This document shows, one piece after another, positions 1-11,343 of a stretch of DNA of 64,000 nt. Numbering within the stretch: position 1 is the stretch's first letter; each line of letters starts with the position of its first letter. The stretch comes from Lepidodermella squamata (taxonomy: Eukaryota > Animalia > Gastrotricha). The translations under genes were made by a program, and so were the position numbers. Under the pieces are notes generated by a model. That model made no database searches, had not been told where the DNA came from, and worked only from the letters and a program-made list of their open reading frames with translations. The DNA lies in assembly GCA_047495785.1 (NCBI GenBank), contig JBLDXI010000003.1, forward strand, positions 2,790,001-2,854,000. Direction: 5' to 3'.

Positions 1-199
1 ATTTTGGCCGTATAGCAATATAAAAATTTAATCGATAAACGTGAGGTCCCCGGTCAACCAGCAAGACTGAAATAGCCAAGAAACTACTTTTATCCTAAGT
101 AGCGAACTGCCTTTCAGGGCCAAATAGGGCCAGTTTTTATAGCAACGAGGCACACGATATATAGCTCGTCGGGTTTGGAAATGTCAATAAGCGAGACTA

Positions 200-640
200 T
201 CACGAGCTGTGACATCTTGCCGTTAACTTTGAGACATTTTGAGTCTAGCCAGTGGATAGCGCTGTCAAGGTCATTTTCAGGTGCTGATTTCAATTCAGAA
301 TCATTTTTGGCTGCAAAATATATAGTGATGTCATCAGCGTATTGGATTACGGTGGATTTTGTGATGAAATTGGCAACTTGTTATCACAAATTGTGAATAG
401 TAAAGATCCCAATGCAGAGCCCTGTGGCACTCCATACTTCGGATGAACTGTGACCGAAGTTTTTCGAGTTACTTTGGTCAAATATTAGAAGTTATCTTGG
501 TTTGGAGGAACCTTCGTGCCTTGTCCATCAAAGCAACGTTGTAGTCTTGATTGCGGTATCGGCATAAATCAGCCAAGACACCGATTTCCTCAAATTCACG
601 GGACTAGTAGCAACTGTAGTGAACTTGCTCCGAGTTCTAT
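200..640 (-). mobile_element. Decayed non-LTR retrotransposon (CR1/L2-like LINE) reverse transcriptase fragment
   Basis: Minus strand reads KYGVPQGSALGSLLF (~395-440) and, after a frameshift, VIQYADDITIYF (~315-350). These are the RT GVPQGS and YADD motifs. Stops and frameshifts are present. Confidence 0.85.
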
Positions 641-702
641 AAATTAAATTGAATTAAACAATGGCGCCAAGAGCTTGGACATTTAGCCGGTGTGATTTCT
701 TA

Positions 703-870
703 CCGTTAACCTTGAGGCATTTTGAAGTACTGATTCAAATTCAATATCGTCAGCGCGTTAGATTACCTTGGATTTTAGTGATGAAAGGGGCAACTCGTTT
801 ACATAAATTGTGAATGCAGAGCCCTGTGGCACTCCATACTTCAGATGAATTGTGACCGAAGTTTTTCGAT
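703..870 (-). mobile_element. Second, more decayed copy of the same LINE RT fragment
   Basis: aatgcagagccctgtggcactccatactt...tgtgaccgaagtttttcga (813-869) repeats 411-467, and ccgttaac..tgag.cattttga (703-723) repeats 220-242. Confidence 0.75.
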
Positions 871-1043
871 AAAATGACAACGTGTATTAAAGGGAATTTT
901 TTTATTGCATCTCTCGGCAATTTATTATTTCATCGGGTATCGGGCTGACCTTTATTGGAAAAGTTGAAAGCATTAATCTCAACAAGTGGCAGATTTGTAT
1001 TTCGACAGATTGCTACAAATTATATGCTTTTATTCCTTTTTAG

Positions 1044-1895
1044 CAAATGCAAAGCGGTAGCCTTTTTCAATGCGTGGCCTTGCAAGCTTCAGCCGATCGA
1101 ATCCGGCCGATTGATCTGCCTGCGATATTTCCTAACCTACGAAGGTTCGATCAAACCTACCGCCCCGCTGTCAACCATGCTGTTAGAAAGCCGAATTTCA
1201 ACCCTGTTCAACGGCCTGATGTCTCTCCCTAGCTGGCAAGATGGCTCCCGGTCAATCGGATACATTTTTCAGCACAAATATTCTGCAGCCAGACTTCTTA
1301 ATTCGAGCAATAACAGCCTTTTGGGTAGTGATAGAATTGCTCACGAAGCTCTGACGAAAGGTGAATCGACCCCGTTTGAAATCGAAATCTTGCCTGTTGT
1401 TATCGAGGCTAATGCTCGCTGCCCTGTTGAGGACACCTACAAAGAAGCCGAATCATACTTTTTCGACTGTATCTGCAATAACAGGACTGTCGATGTGAAA
1501 ATCAATCGTTTATCAGCCAAGGCTGTAAAAGCCCTGAAAACTGTTGATTCGAGTGAGATGAGTGACAACAGCGACTGTGATGATGTTATTGGCGATGACA
1601 AAGGAAGTGGCGGCGCGTTAGCTGATTTCACGTTGAATTTTGAGGGTGGCAAAAAGACTGATCTCAAAATTCGGTTCGTTCAGGATTGGAGGAAAATCGC
1701 GATAACTCGAACTGTTGAATCGAAGATCTCTAAAGCTGGCAACTCCATGGTCGAGTAAGTTATTTTCCTTCTGAAAGTTGCTTTTATGAAATTTCGTGAA
1801 ATAGATGGGAATTCAAGTTTCATGCATCAGCAATGCTGATTAAGGCGGCGAAAGGTGCGAAGGGTAAAAGAAAAACTGCCGCTAAGCGGGGCTAA
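1044..1895 (+). CDS. 3' exons of a divergent 2OG-Fe(II) oxygenase-like protein (5' exons not identified)
   Basis: Acceptor ttcctttttag ends at 1043; exon 1044-1754; 50-nt intron 1755-1804 (GTAAGT...ATAG); last exon 1805-1895 ...EWEFKFHASAMLIKAAKGAKGKRKTAAKRG*. The motifs AFFNAWPCKLQPIESGRLICLRYFL, GYIFQHKY, LLGSDR and GNSM..FHASAMLI resemble the AFYxDCxHEVxPVxSGxRxxLxYNL / HxY / LKGxD / GNE..Y..AAL pattern of P4H-like 2OG-Fe(II) oxygenase proteins (recalled, not searched). Confidence 0.55.
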
Positions 1896-1971
1896 AACTG
1901 ACACTGTTTTTTCACGTGTTTTATCAATCAATGAATAATCGAATAATAAACTTTGGTCACACTAGTTCTGT

Positions 1972-3498
1972 TTACAGCTCTTCAGTGAATGGTTTTTGTT
2001 TTTCAATGAACCAGCTTAATTGAGGCTGAGAAATTGAGTAGGCATGTTCCATGAGTCGGCGCATTCTCGCTTCAAGAAACGACGTATTTTTCGCAATGTA
2101 TTGAAGTGTAGATGGCGGGACGTTTTTGTTCCCAATGTGCTCTCGAAGCATTTGGGACAGGCTGTTCGCGGCAAGTTCCAAACTTGCCAATCGGGACAAG
2201 TAAACTGCCGTGTGCTTATTCGCCTCCAGATAGAAGGCCATTACATAGGAGTGCATTATGGCTTGCCGATAGTGAACGAGCTCGTTTGCTATTTTCTGCA
2301 GTACTGGCATCTAAAAATTCACATACAGACATATTGTCCCGCAAAGAATATCGGGCTCACTTCAAGCTGTGTGACTAGCCCCTCTTCAAACTTCATATAT
2401 TCGCTGTTGGCCTTATAGGCATTGAAGCAGTGTTCTGAGCGTACTGCCCCTTGTGCTTCGTCCGGTGGCTGGCGAGCTGAATGGACCGACTTCGATCTAG
2501 TCATCCCATTAGATCCCATGGGCGTTGTAGCCTTGCAATTCTTAGCTACAAGAGCATGAGTCCGCCAAGGGCTCAGACAATCCCAACAAAACTGCGTGGA
2601 ACATTTCTGTAAAACAACATTGAGCATTATGTTATAATTATCGAATTTCGGCGGTTACCTTATTCTTGCAAATCACAACTCTAACTGCCTTGTTCGAAGG
2701 TCGTTGGATTTTCAGGCCACACTTGGGACAGGCCTTGTTTTCTTGCTTCAGTAACCAGTCGGTTAAAAGATCGCACGAAATAGGCATATGAGGCTGTTTC
2801 AGGCAGGCGAAACAGAACGAAAACCCGCACTGGCATTTGACAGAGACCTCAGCAAATTGTTGAACCAGAATTGCATTCGTGCAGCCTTTCGGCGAGATGC
2901 ACCACCTGATTAACGGGTAGGTTTTCACAAATTCTTCTACAAATTTTCGGATGAAATTGCGGCAGAGCTGGTCATTCTTAAGCAGGTCATTCAGCGAGTC
3001 ATCTTTCATCTCCGTTGGGCATTCGTCGAAAGCATCACCTGTCTTCCCCGGGCATTTAATAGCTGCATCGGTGGTGCTATTGCGAAATGTCAGTTTATCT
3101 AAGATGAGACCGGTGTAGCATTCTTTGCATACATTGTGTTTGCAGGGTTCCAAGGCTTTCGCGTTAGACCAGGACGCGACACCCTTGCATTCTGCACAAA
3201 TCAAAGCATTACTCTTCTGTTTGGCTTCGTTAGCAGCGATTAGAGAGCTGTAGAGGCCGTTCGTTTTGAGAAGTAGCTCAGCATTTCGGTCGAGGGAATT
3301 AAACTGGCTGGTCAGGCGGTGAATGTCCCATTTAAACAGGTGCAGCAGGTCGATGGATGTAGAACGAGGCAACTCGGTCAACTTCTGGATTTTCTTGATT
3401 TTCGAGTTCACAAACGCTCCCACTTGTTCCAGAGAGAGGCAATGGCTGGTGTTTTCGCTGAAAGCGCTAGCTGTTGTTCGATCAGGTAAATGGTTCAT
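1972..3498 (-). CDS. Ariadne-like RBR (RING1-IBR-RING2-Ariadne) E3 ligase homolog, 3 exons
   Basis: Exons 3498-2659, 2606-2361 and 2310-1972, joined by 52- and 50-nt GT-AG introns. UBA-like LLHLFKWD; RING1 CAEC..CKHNVCKEC..CPG..CP; IBR WCISPKGC..CQCGFSFCFACLKQPHMPISC; RING2 CPKC..CKNKKCSTQFCWDCLSPWRTH; Ariadne domain YRQAIMHSYVMAFYL..LELAANSLSQML. Confidence 0.9.
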
Positions 3499-3896
3499 TG
3501 TTTTATCGGACGTAAAAAATCTGCACTGAGCTCAAGTGGAACGTTTATTACAGTTTGATCGATGGGCAATTTAAACGAAGCGGCTTTTTGTTACTACGAA
3601 ACGAATATCATATCGCCCGCGGCTGCATATTAAAGTTGGCCAATAAGCTGAAACAATAGCGACACAATCAATAACAGGAGCAAAACAAGCTTTGAGAGTA
3701 GCCCTGCCAATAATTATATTGGCGATCCGGCATGAGAGAGCATTAAAGATTTATTCCACTTGATGAAACGACACAAAAAATGTCAACATAACAATTTAAG
3801 CCACGGATTGATTACTGAGCTTGCTTCTGTAACTTGAATGCAATTTGGCAACGAGGAAATGTAATAAATAAACAAAGTAAGTTTTCCGGAGTCTCA

Positions 3897-6397
3897 TCAA
3901 TGGAAATCTTCAGAAAACTCATAGCTTTCTGTCGAAATTGATTCGAAATCAGCCGTGACGTGGGTTACCATGCTTTTCGTGTCGTCATCAATATCGTCTC
4001 CTGCCTCCACAGGTTCGCGCCAGTCTACCCAATAGGCTTTTATTGGCTTCTCGTGGCTAGGACCTTCAAGCTCGCCGCGAAACGTGAAATTTACGTCGTC
4101 ATTGCGTTTTCTAAGACGACTGTGCACGGCATCGGAAACTTGAACTTTCATGGCTATTTATAACGATAAATGATTGAAGCCACAGGCTAGCTAGAAAAAT
4201 TTGGACAAATTTACGTAAGCTTGTTGAATGGATGATTGAGACGACAGGCATTATTTCACTCGAGATCACGAGCTGAGGAACAATCATGTGAGACCCCATA
4301 GCATGACAGGGGCCTACATGGATGCCAAACCTCAAGGCCACGTCATCCTCGCGCTTTTCAGTGGTAGTGTTTACCATTGCAACGGCATCACGCATTTCAA
4401 GGGCGATGAAAACCTATCGGAAAGGCCAACTTATTTTGAACAGTGGTATTTCGAAGCCTACCATTTCCAAAACATGATGCTTAATAACGCGGTGTTCCCC
4501 AACGCCAGTTGCCAAGACAAAAAAGTTGCCTAAAAGAGGAACGTAAAGGCGCTAGTCTCGAAGAGAAAACAAACCTGATACTGAAAGTTTGACGCAGTTA
4601 TGCTTTCTCAAGCAATCTTCAAATGTCTCGTAAAACCTATACATTACGGTTTCGACTTCTTCAAATGGCAACTCTGCCATCATCGTGCCGATATTCCATA
4701 TATCGATCATCATGATACAAGTTTCTGCGTCATACATAGAAGTAGAAAAGTTCCAGTAAAAGAGCATCAATAATACCTGGAAAGGCTTGCATTGGAGGAT
4801 GGGAGTTGTTTCTAAAGGTTTTCACGAGCGTTTTCGGAACGTAATCGTAGATGAAGTTTGAGGCTATCTTGAGTTGTCGCAAGCTTTCATGGCTTTCGTC
4901 AATTCGCCCGTGAAGGCGTGACATCACTTTCAACTGCATGATCAGGGCCAGAACAGCCAAAAATAGCGAAATCGCTATGAATGGAATGCCTACAAATTTC
5001 AGGGGATTAAAGGAAAAACAGCCTTGCTAGGAAACTTACTAAGTGTATCGACGTGTGGCCAATCATTGGAGTGTTCGGCAAGCTCTTGATCAACCAGAAC
5101 TCTTAGGGTGACTTGTATCCAATTTAAATTTCTCTCGTGCAGAGAAACCGTTTCCATGAATGCGGCTAAATCTATTTTTGTGAAATCACCAACCATGACG
5201 AGCTTATGGGTCCGCTCCACATCTTTCCAACTGTCTTGTTCCGATAGGTTTGCCATTTTCTCCATGCCGTAGTCCGAAAACAGATTGGTCATTGAGCTGA
5301 ATTCCTGATACTTGGTGAAGAAGCTGCGGTAATGAAAGGTACATCGATAAAACGGCGATTTCGATCATTTTCAGTCTTACGAAATCAGCTGAACGTATAC
5401 GGGATCCGAGACATTCAACTTGCGACCTTCATTGATGAACCTTTTTGTAACCATCCAATAATTCTTAAAATTGATGATCTGGGATGTTGGGAAATGCTAG
5501 AGCAACTAATTTTCAAGGGTGGGCATGCAAACCGTTTGAGTTATCGGATTTAGCGTGAACAGGTCGCGCCAGCCTATGTAGCGGGGTAACGGCAGCGTTA
5601 CACCCCTGGTTACGATGACAAGAGTTTCAGCGAGGGTTGAGTAGAACTTCAAAACGTCGAGCTCATTAGTTCCGTTTGGCGATCGTCTTGAATCGCGCTG
5701 ACCTTTTAAGGCTAATCGGAGGGCCAATGAGGTTTGAACAAGTGGCCGATTCGCCACTGAAACGTATTTCATATCTGCTTCGTCAGGCCAATCGTCGATA
5801 TATATTAGTCTCTGAGGGAGTTACGTGCTTTAAGAGCGATTGGAAATGTAACATGCTGCATACCAGGTCAAGTTTTCTCATGGGCTCGTTAACCTTGGAT
5901 AAGTAGTCATCATAGGGACCTCGGTTGTACCTAAAATTGGGGTATTTCGCATCAATTTTATGAAAATTACCGTGGCATCAACTTACTCGTATGCGACTTC
6001 GTATTCGTTGAAGAGCTGAGCGATCAGGTCAAATACTTGACAACATAATTGAAAATGACTTCTTCTTAGGTATTGAAAACTCACAGCTAATGATAAGTGA
6101 CCGCCCTCGCTGGAATTGAAACATCGTAACAAATCATTGGTTGAAGCCTTTTTATGCTCACCTTCAACTCTTTCGTGTTGCTTGTCCTCAAGCTGGCAGC
6201 TTGTTCGTCCGTTATCACTTGTACCGCTATTCCCGCGACCATGATGATACCGAAAGTCACCACCTGTAAATAAGCTATTCAAGCACCAACTATTCAAATT
6301 AGATGTGATTACTTACCAATAATATCTCCAGCACTCGGCCGTAGCTTGAATGCCAGAACGCCTGGTGGACGCTTTCATCTGAGTCAGAGTGAATCAT
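3897..6397 (-). CDS. Multi-exon membrane guanylyl/adenylyl cyclase-like protein, paralog 1 (TM - putative NIT-like sensor - TM - degenerate class III cyclase domain)
   Basis: ATG 6397 MIHSDSDESVHQAFWHSSYGRVLEILL|GT, followed by many ~50-nt introns. Cyclase-fold segments: TCIMMIDIWN..VMYRFYETFEDCLRKHNCVKLSVSG|NFFVLATGV, ALRFGIHVGPC, MKVQVSDAV..FTFRGELE..AYWV. Acidic tail. Confidence 0.8.
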
Positions 6398-8140
6398 CCT
6401 TAAATTCTAGAAGAAAAAATGTATTATGCCTGAAACAATCGGGTGATTCGAGATCGAGGCACCGCAGTGTCTTTGCAGTGTCCAGTCCTACGCCTGTAAT
6501 TGAATCTGAACGGTCTCCTATTACCTATTATACCTATATCTTTGACCTTGTTTTTTCGCCGTCCCGCCGTCTTCACTAATTAGAAGCTGCGCCAGATTAT
6601 CCTGCGTGCCTTGTTTACATTTGCAGGTCAAGGGAAACAGGGACAACGGATCCTTTTTGCCCTCCATAATATGCCCCACGCATATCTCCTATAAGAACAA
6701 ATTACGGATGCACTGTTGCATAGACAAATTTACTGGCGGCACAAGTCTCTCTAAAGTTCGTGGACTACTCGGATTCACCCCGGAGTGGCAACACCCACCT
6801 GATGAAATGGTGAGCTTTCAATGATTCATTGAAGGAATTGTCCCTAAATGTTATTTTCCACAGAAATTGACCGCTGAAAGCAATCGCAATCAAAAATTCC
6901 AAGGTCTAAGGTTCGTCATTACAGGAGTGGATCATTGCTGGCAAATTTATGTGCTCTCGCGGAGTCGAATTAAAATCCTTCGAAGGCCTCGATTTACCAT
7001 ATGCCTCGAATATCAAAGTCAAGCTGCAATCTGAAACGGCCAGAATCTTCGCAAAATTCCCTAATACCTCTTATTCACGGACAGCCGATTCTAGGTGGCG
7101 AATGAATACGAATCAATCAAGCGAATCAACAAAACACTTTGAAGTTAATTAATTTACTGATTATCACTGTGATCATTCTAAAGATGAAGTGGTCGCTTGC
7201 ATGTCATAAGTGAAGACAATAAACGATTATATTTGGAAAGGTGATTGTTTCGACGTTTTGGCAATGAATCAAAAATATAATGGCAGCGGGAAGGCAGGTG
7301 AGAGTTGATGATTCACCCCTAGATCCTAGGTTGCTGAAGCTATTAATAGAAATGCTGCTTCGATTGCACCAATTCAGTAACGCGTTGTCCTAACTCGACT
7401 GTATGTAACCCGTTACGACTTGAATAAATACGTAACGCGTTAAAGGCAGCAAAATAGACGTCAGTTGGAAAAATACATGAAGCTTTATAAAAAATGCATA
7501 ACGCGTGACAAAAACGGGTAAAATCACGCGTTACGAAAAAGAAAACAGAAATACGTAAGTTCCTCTCAGCGTGTCAGCTTCTATAGTTGGATTCTGCCTT
7601 CCTTTTATAAGCGTACACTTAGAATTAGAAGGTACTGCGCCAAAGGCCGAACACGTGACTCATAAACCTCGGAGCCTGATTTCAATTAAACTTCGATTTA
7701 GCTTCTACCTTAGTATAGATTATAGATATAGCAGTAATCAAGCGTGTGGCCTCCTTATGTCCACTCTCACATCAGCCTTGCCTAGTATTTATATTTAATA
7801 AAGTAGTTTGTCTTTTCTCTAATCCCGGCGCCTCAAGGTCAGAGCCCAGATTTTCAACATATTCCTAACAAATTGACTTCCGTAATTAGAAATTAAACCA
7901 GATTAGCACAGGCTTGAGTATGGTCATCAGCCCCTCTAGATTGCGGCTATTGACCGCGCATATCACACATTGACCGAAGCTGAAAGATGATCCATCGATC
8001 GTATAGCAGCGGTGAAGCTTTTTATCAGACTGTAGTTTACCTAGATGCAGAATGGGACGCCGCGGCTCGCAGAAGATAGAAAATTTATTTTTTTATCCAG
8101 GTGACCCACACAATTCGTAGTGTGTTTCCAAGTTGTAGAG

Positions 8141-8346
8141 TGTGACCGGCGGTCACTTGGCTAGCATGCGTCCGTCGCTGCACCCGTGTTAAGGGACCAC
8201 CTGTCGCATCCCTCCAACCCAGGGTCGCGTGCCCCTACTGTATATAAACTGGCCCTATGTGGCCCTGAAGATCAGATCTCTTACTAATAAACCTGTTTGG
8301 TTGCTATTCGTGCTATTTCGTGTTAGTTAAACCGGGGACCGTCACA
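8141..8346 (+). mobile_element. Probable solo LTR (206 bp)
   Basis: Termini TGTGAC...GTCACA (6-bp inverted repeat with TG..CA), internal TATATAAA (~8241) followed by AATAAA (~8286), higher GC than the flanks. No clean TSD. Confidence 0.6.
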
Positions 8347-8789
8347 TAGTATAAAGACCTGGTGCAGCTTTGTTAGGTTTATAAATGTAAACAAAAACAA
8401 ATTAGTAATTAGCCAGATCCGTTCTGACCAGCAACGCCATGGAAATGTTATGCTGGAAAAATATAATCAGACAAGGGTACTACTTAGAAGCATGGCAATC
8501 ATTGTACAAAATATGTGGTTGGCGCACAACTTACCGTTGCAATATTACCCCTGATTAAGGATTAACTTGAAATCGTATGAACTTTCTTTTTTCTTTCGGA
8601 GATTAACGAATGTAAACACTTTATTCCCATATAAGTCTTTCAACAAATAGTCAACAACAATCATTATTGATTCAATGAATATCTCCATCTCAAGGCCAAT
8701 AGCACTGTGCTTTGAAGGTATTGGTCCAATGTTATCAGGAATTGAAAAGCGGTTTCAGAGCAAAGAAAGTTGTTCGCTGTTTGCTGTTT

Positions 8790-11343
8790 TTAATGGAAAT
8801 CTTCCGAAAATTCGTAGGTATCAGTAGAACAGGATTCCAGCTCAGCAGTGACTTGGGAAAGAAGGCTCTTAGCATCATCATCATCTTCTTCTTCATCGTC
8901 ATCGACAGGCTCCCGCCAATCTACCCAATAAGTTTTGATTGTGCTGCCGCCATCCACGCCTGGTACATCCCCGCGTAACGTGAACGATATGTCGTCACAT
9001 TGCCTCTTTACTTGATGCTTAACATCTGCTGAAACCTGCAGTTTCATCGCTGAAAAACAGATGGAACATAGGAAACAAGTCCTTGGGCTTCAGCTATAGA
9101 AATAGTTACTACAAGATACTTACGAAAACAAGTTGAATGAATAACAGATACGATGGGCAAAATATTGCTGGCAATGATGAGCTGCGGAACAATCAAGTTA
9201 GCTGCCCTGACATGACATACACCAACGTGAATCCCGAATCGAAGAGAAATATCATCGTCACGTCTTTCAGTTAAAGCATTGATTTTTGCCATTTCATCTC
9301 TCATTTCGAGAGCCAGAAATATCTAGGCGAATCGGCGGAAATTTCATAATAGGTTTTAAAACTGATTCTCATTTACCATGTCCAAAACGTGGTGCTTGAA
9401 AACCTTCTGCTCGCCCAAGCCAGAGGCAACCGTGAAAAAGCTCCCTATGATGAACAAGGAAAGATGATTGAAGTCACTAACACTTTTATATTACCTGTAA
9501 CTGACACTTTAACGCAGTTATGCTTTCGCATACAGTTTTCAAACATTTCATAAAGCTGATACAGGACAGGCTCGACGTCATGAAAAGGCAATTCCGCAAG
9601 CATTGTCTCCATATTCCAAACGTCAAGCATCATAACACAGGTATCTAAAAGAAAGGACATTTCACAATATTTTAATCAACGGAAACACGCGATACCTTTG
9701 TAAGGAGTGGTCATTATCGGCAAATCATTGCGCTTGAAGGCCTTGGTCATTGGTTTCGGAATGTAATCGTAGATAAAATCCGCGGCCGTCGTGAGAGCCC
9801 TCAAGTTATTATAACTATGATCAACTTGCGAATGTAAACGGTTCGTTGCGATGATCTGCAGAATCATTGTAAGAACTATGAAGGCGATAGATATCGCAAT
9901 AAAAGGTATGCCTATTGAAAAATAAATGATGACAGTCCAGATTTTTCTCCGTAAAAGAGAACTCACTGAACACGTCTACTTCCGGCCAATCATCGGCGTG
10001 CTCCGCGAGTTCTTCATCCACCAAATTCTTCAGTGAAGCGTAAATCCAGCGTAAATTACTCTCATGCGACGAAACGACCTCGGAGAAAAATTGCGGGTCT
10101 ATTGCTGAGAGGTCTCCGATCATTACTTGTTTATGCAATCGCTCAACATCTTTCCAGGAATCTTGATCAGTCAGGTTGGCGATTTTATCCCTCCCGAAGT
10201 CGGAGTAAACTGTTGCCATTGAGCTGAATTGCTGATACCTGTTGTAGTATCTATGCATGGGATCAAAATATTGTAATCGATTAAAGAGAAAGGGATCTTT
10301 ACGATAAAACTTGAACGAATACATCCTGCGAAGAGTTCATGCTGCGCCCTTCACAAATTTACCGTGTATTATTTTCATTTGTTTGGAAATGTCGCAATCT
10401 TACTTTCAGCAACGAATTTCCGCGTAGCCATCAAATAGTTCTTGAAATTTATAACCTGTTTCGAAGGATAAGTACATGGAGGTCCAATTACTTAGTTGTT
10501 CTTTCCCTCACCGTTTGAATGATCGGATTCATAGTGAGTAAGTCGCGCCATCCGATATACCGTGACAGTGGCATCGTAATTCCGCGCGTAGTTGTAACAA
10601 GAGTCTCAGCTATTCTTGAGTAAAACGCGAGAACTCATGCCTCGGTTGTTCCATTCGGTGATTTTCTCGAATCACGTTGAGCCCGCAAGGCTGAGCGCAA
10701 AGCTAGTGGAGTTCTGACATCAACGCGATTGCTCATCGTAACGAAAGCAAAGTCAGACTCGGATGGCCAGTCGTCAACATATATCAACTTCATATCCAGA
10801 TTTTTCATTGGTTCTTGAGCCTTACTAAGGTAAACATCGTAGGGTCCAGTGTTGTATCTGTAATGAAGATTAAAAAAACTCAGAAAACTGAAAATACTGA
10901 AACGGCCATACTCGTATGCAACTTCGTATTCTTTGAATATTCGATCGATGATGTCAAATACTAAATTGGAAAAAATTAACTTAGAAATGCTGCATAAACT
11001 TAGAAACTCACCAGTCATGATCAGAGCTCTGCCTCTCTAAATTGCAGAGAAAGCTTAGGAATGACGATGTTAGTATGAAAATTAAGATACCTTCAGGTTA
11101 ACCGTGTTGGCATTCCTCAATTGAGCCGCTTCAGCATCAGTTATCACTTGGAGTGAGATTACTGCAACACCGAGGAGTCCGACTGCCACAACCTATCAAT
11201 TGGCCTCATGTACGATGCCTTACATATCTCGTAAAGATGAGAATTACCAGTGTGATTTCGAGTTTGCGGCCAAATGGTGTTTGCCAGAAACCAGAAATTC
11301 TGCCTTCTGGAGTTTCGTCTTCAGGATGAATCCTCGTTTTCAT
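8790..11343 (-). CDS. Multi-exon membrane guanylyl/adenylyl cyclase-like protein, paralog 2
   Basis: ATG 11343 MKTRIHPEDETPEGRISGFWQTPFGRKLEITL|GT. Collinear with paralog 1 (EYEVAYE, YxxGPYDxYLSK, DDWP, QRDSRxSPNGT, QDSWKDVER, RFGIHVG, YWVDWREPV, YEFSEDFH*), with matching intron positions. Confidence 0.8.

Noticed and set aside
175-396. 73-aa plus-strand ORF
   Set aside because: It is antisense to the decayed LINE RT fragment.
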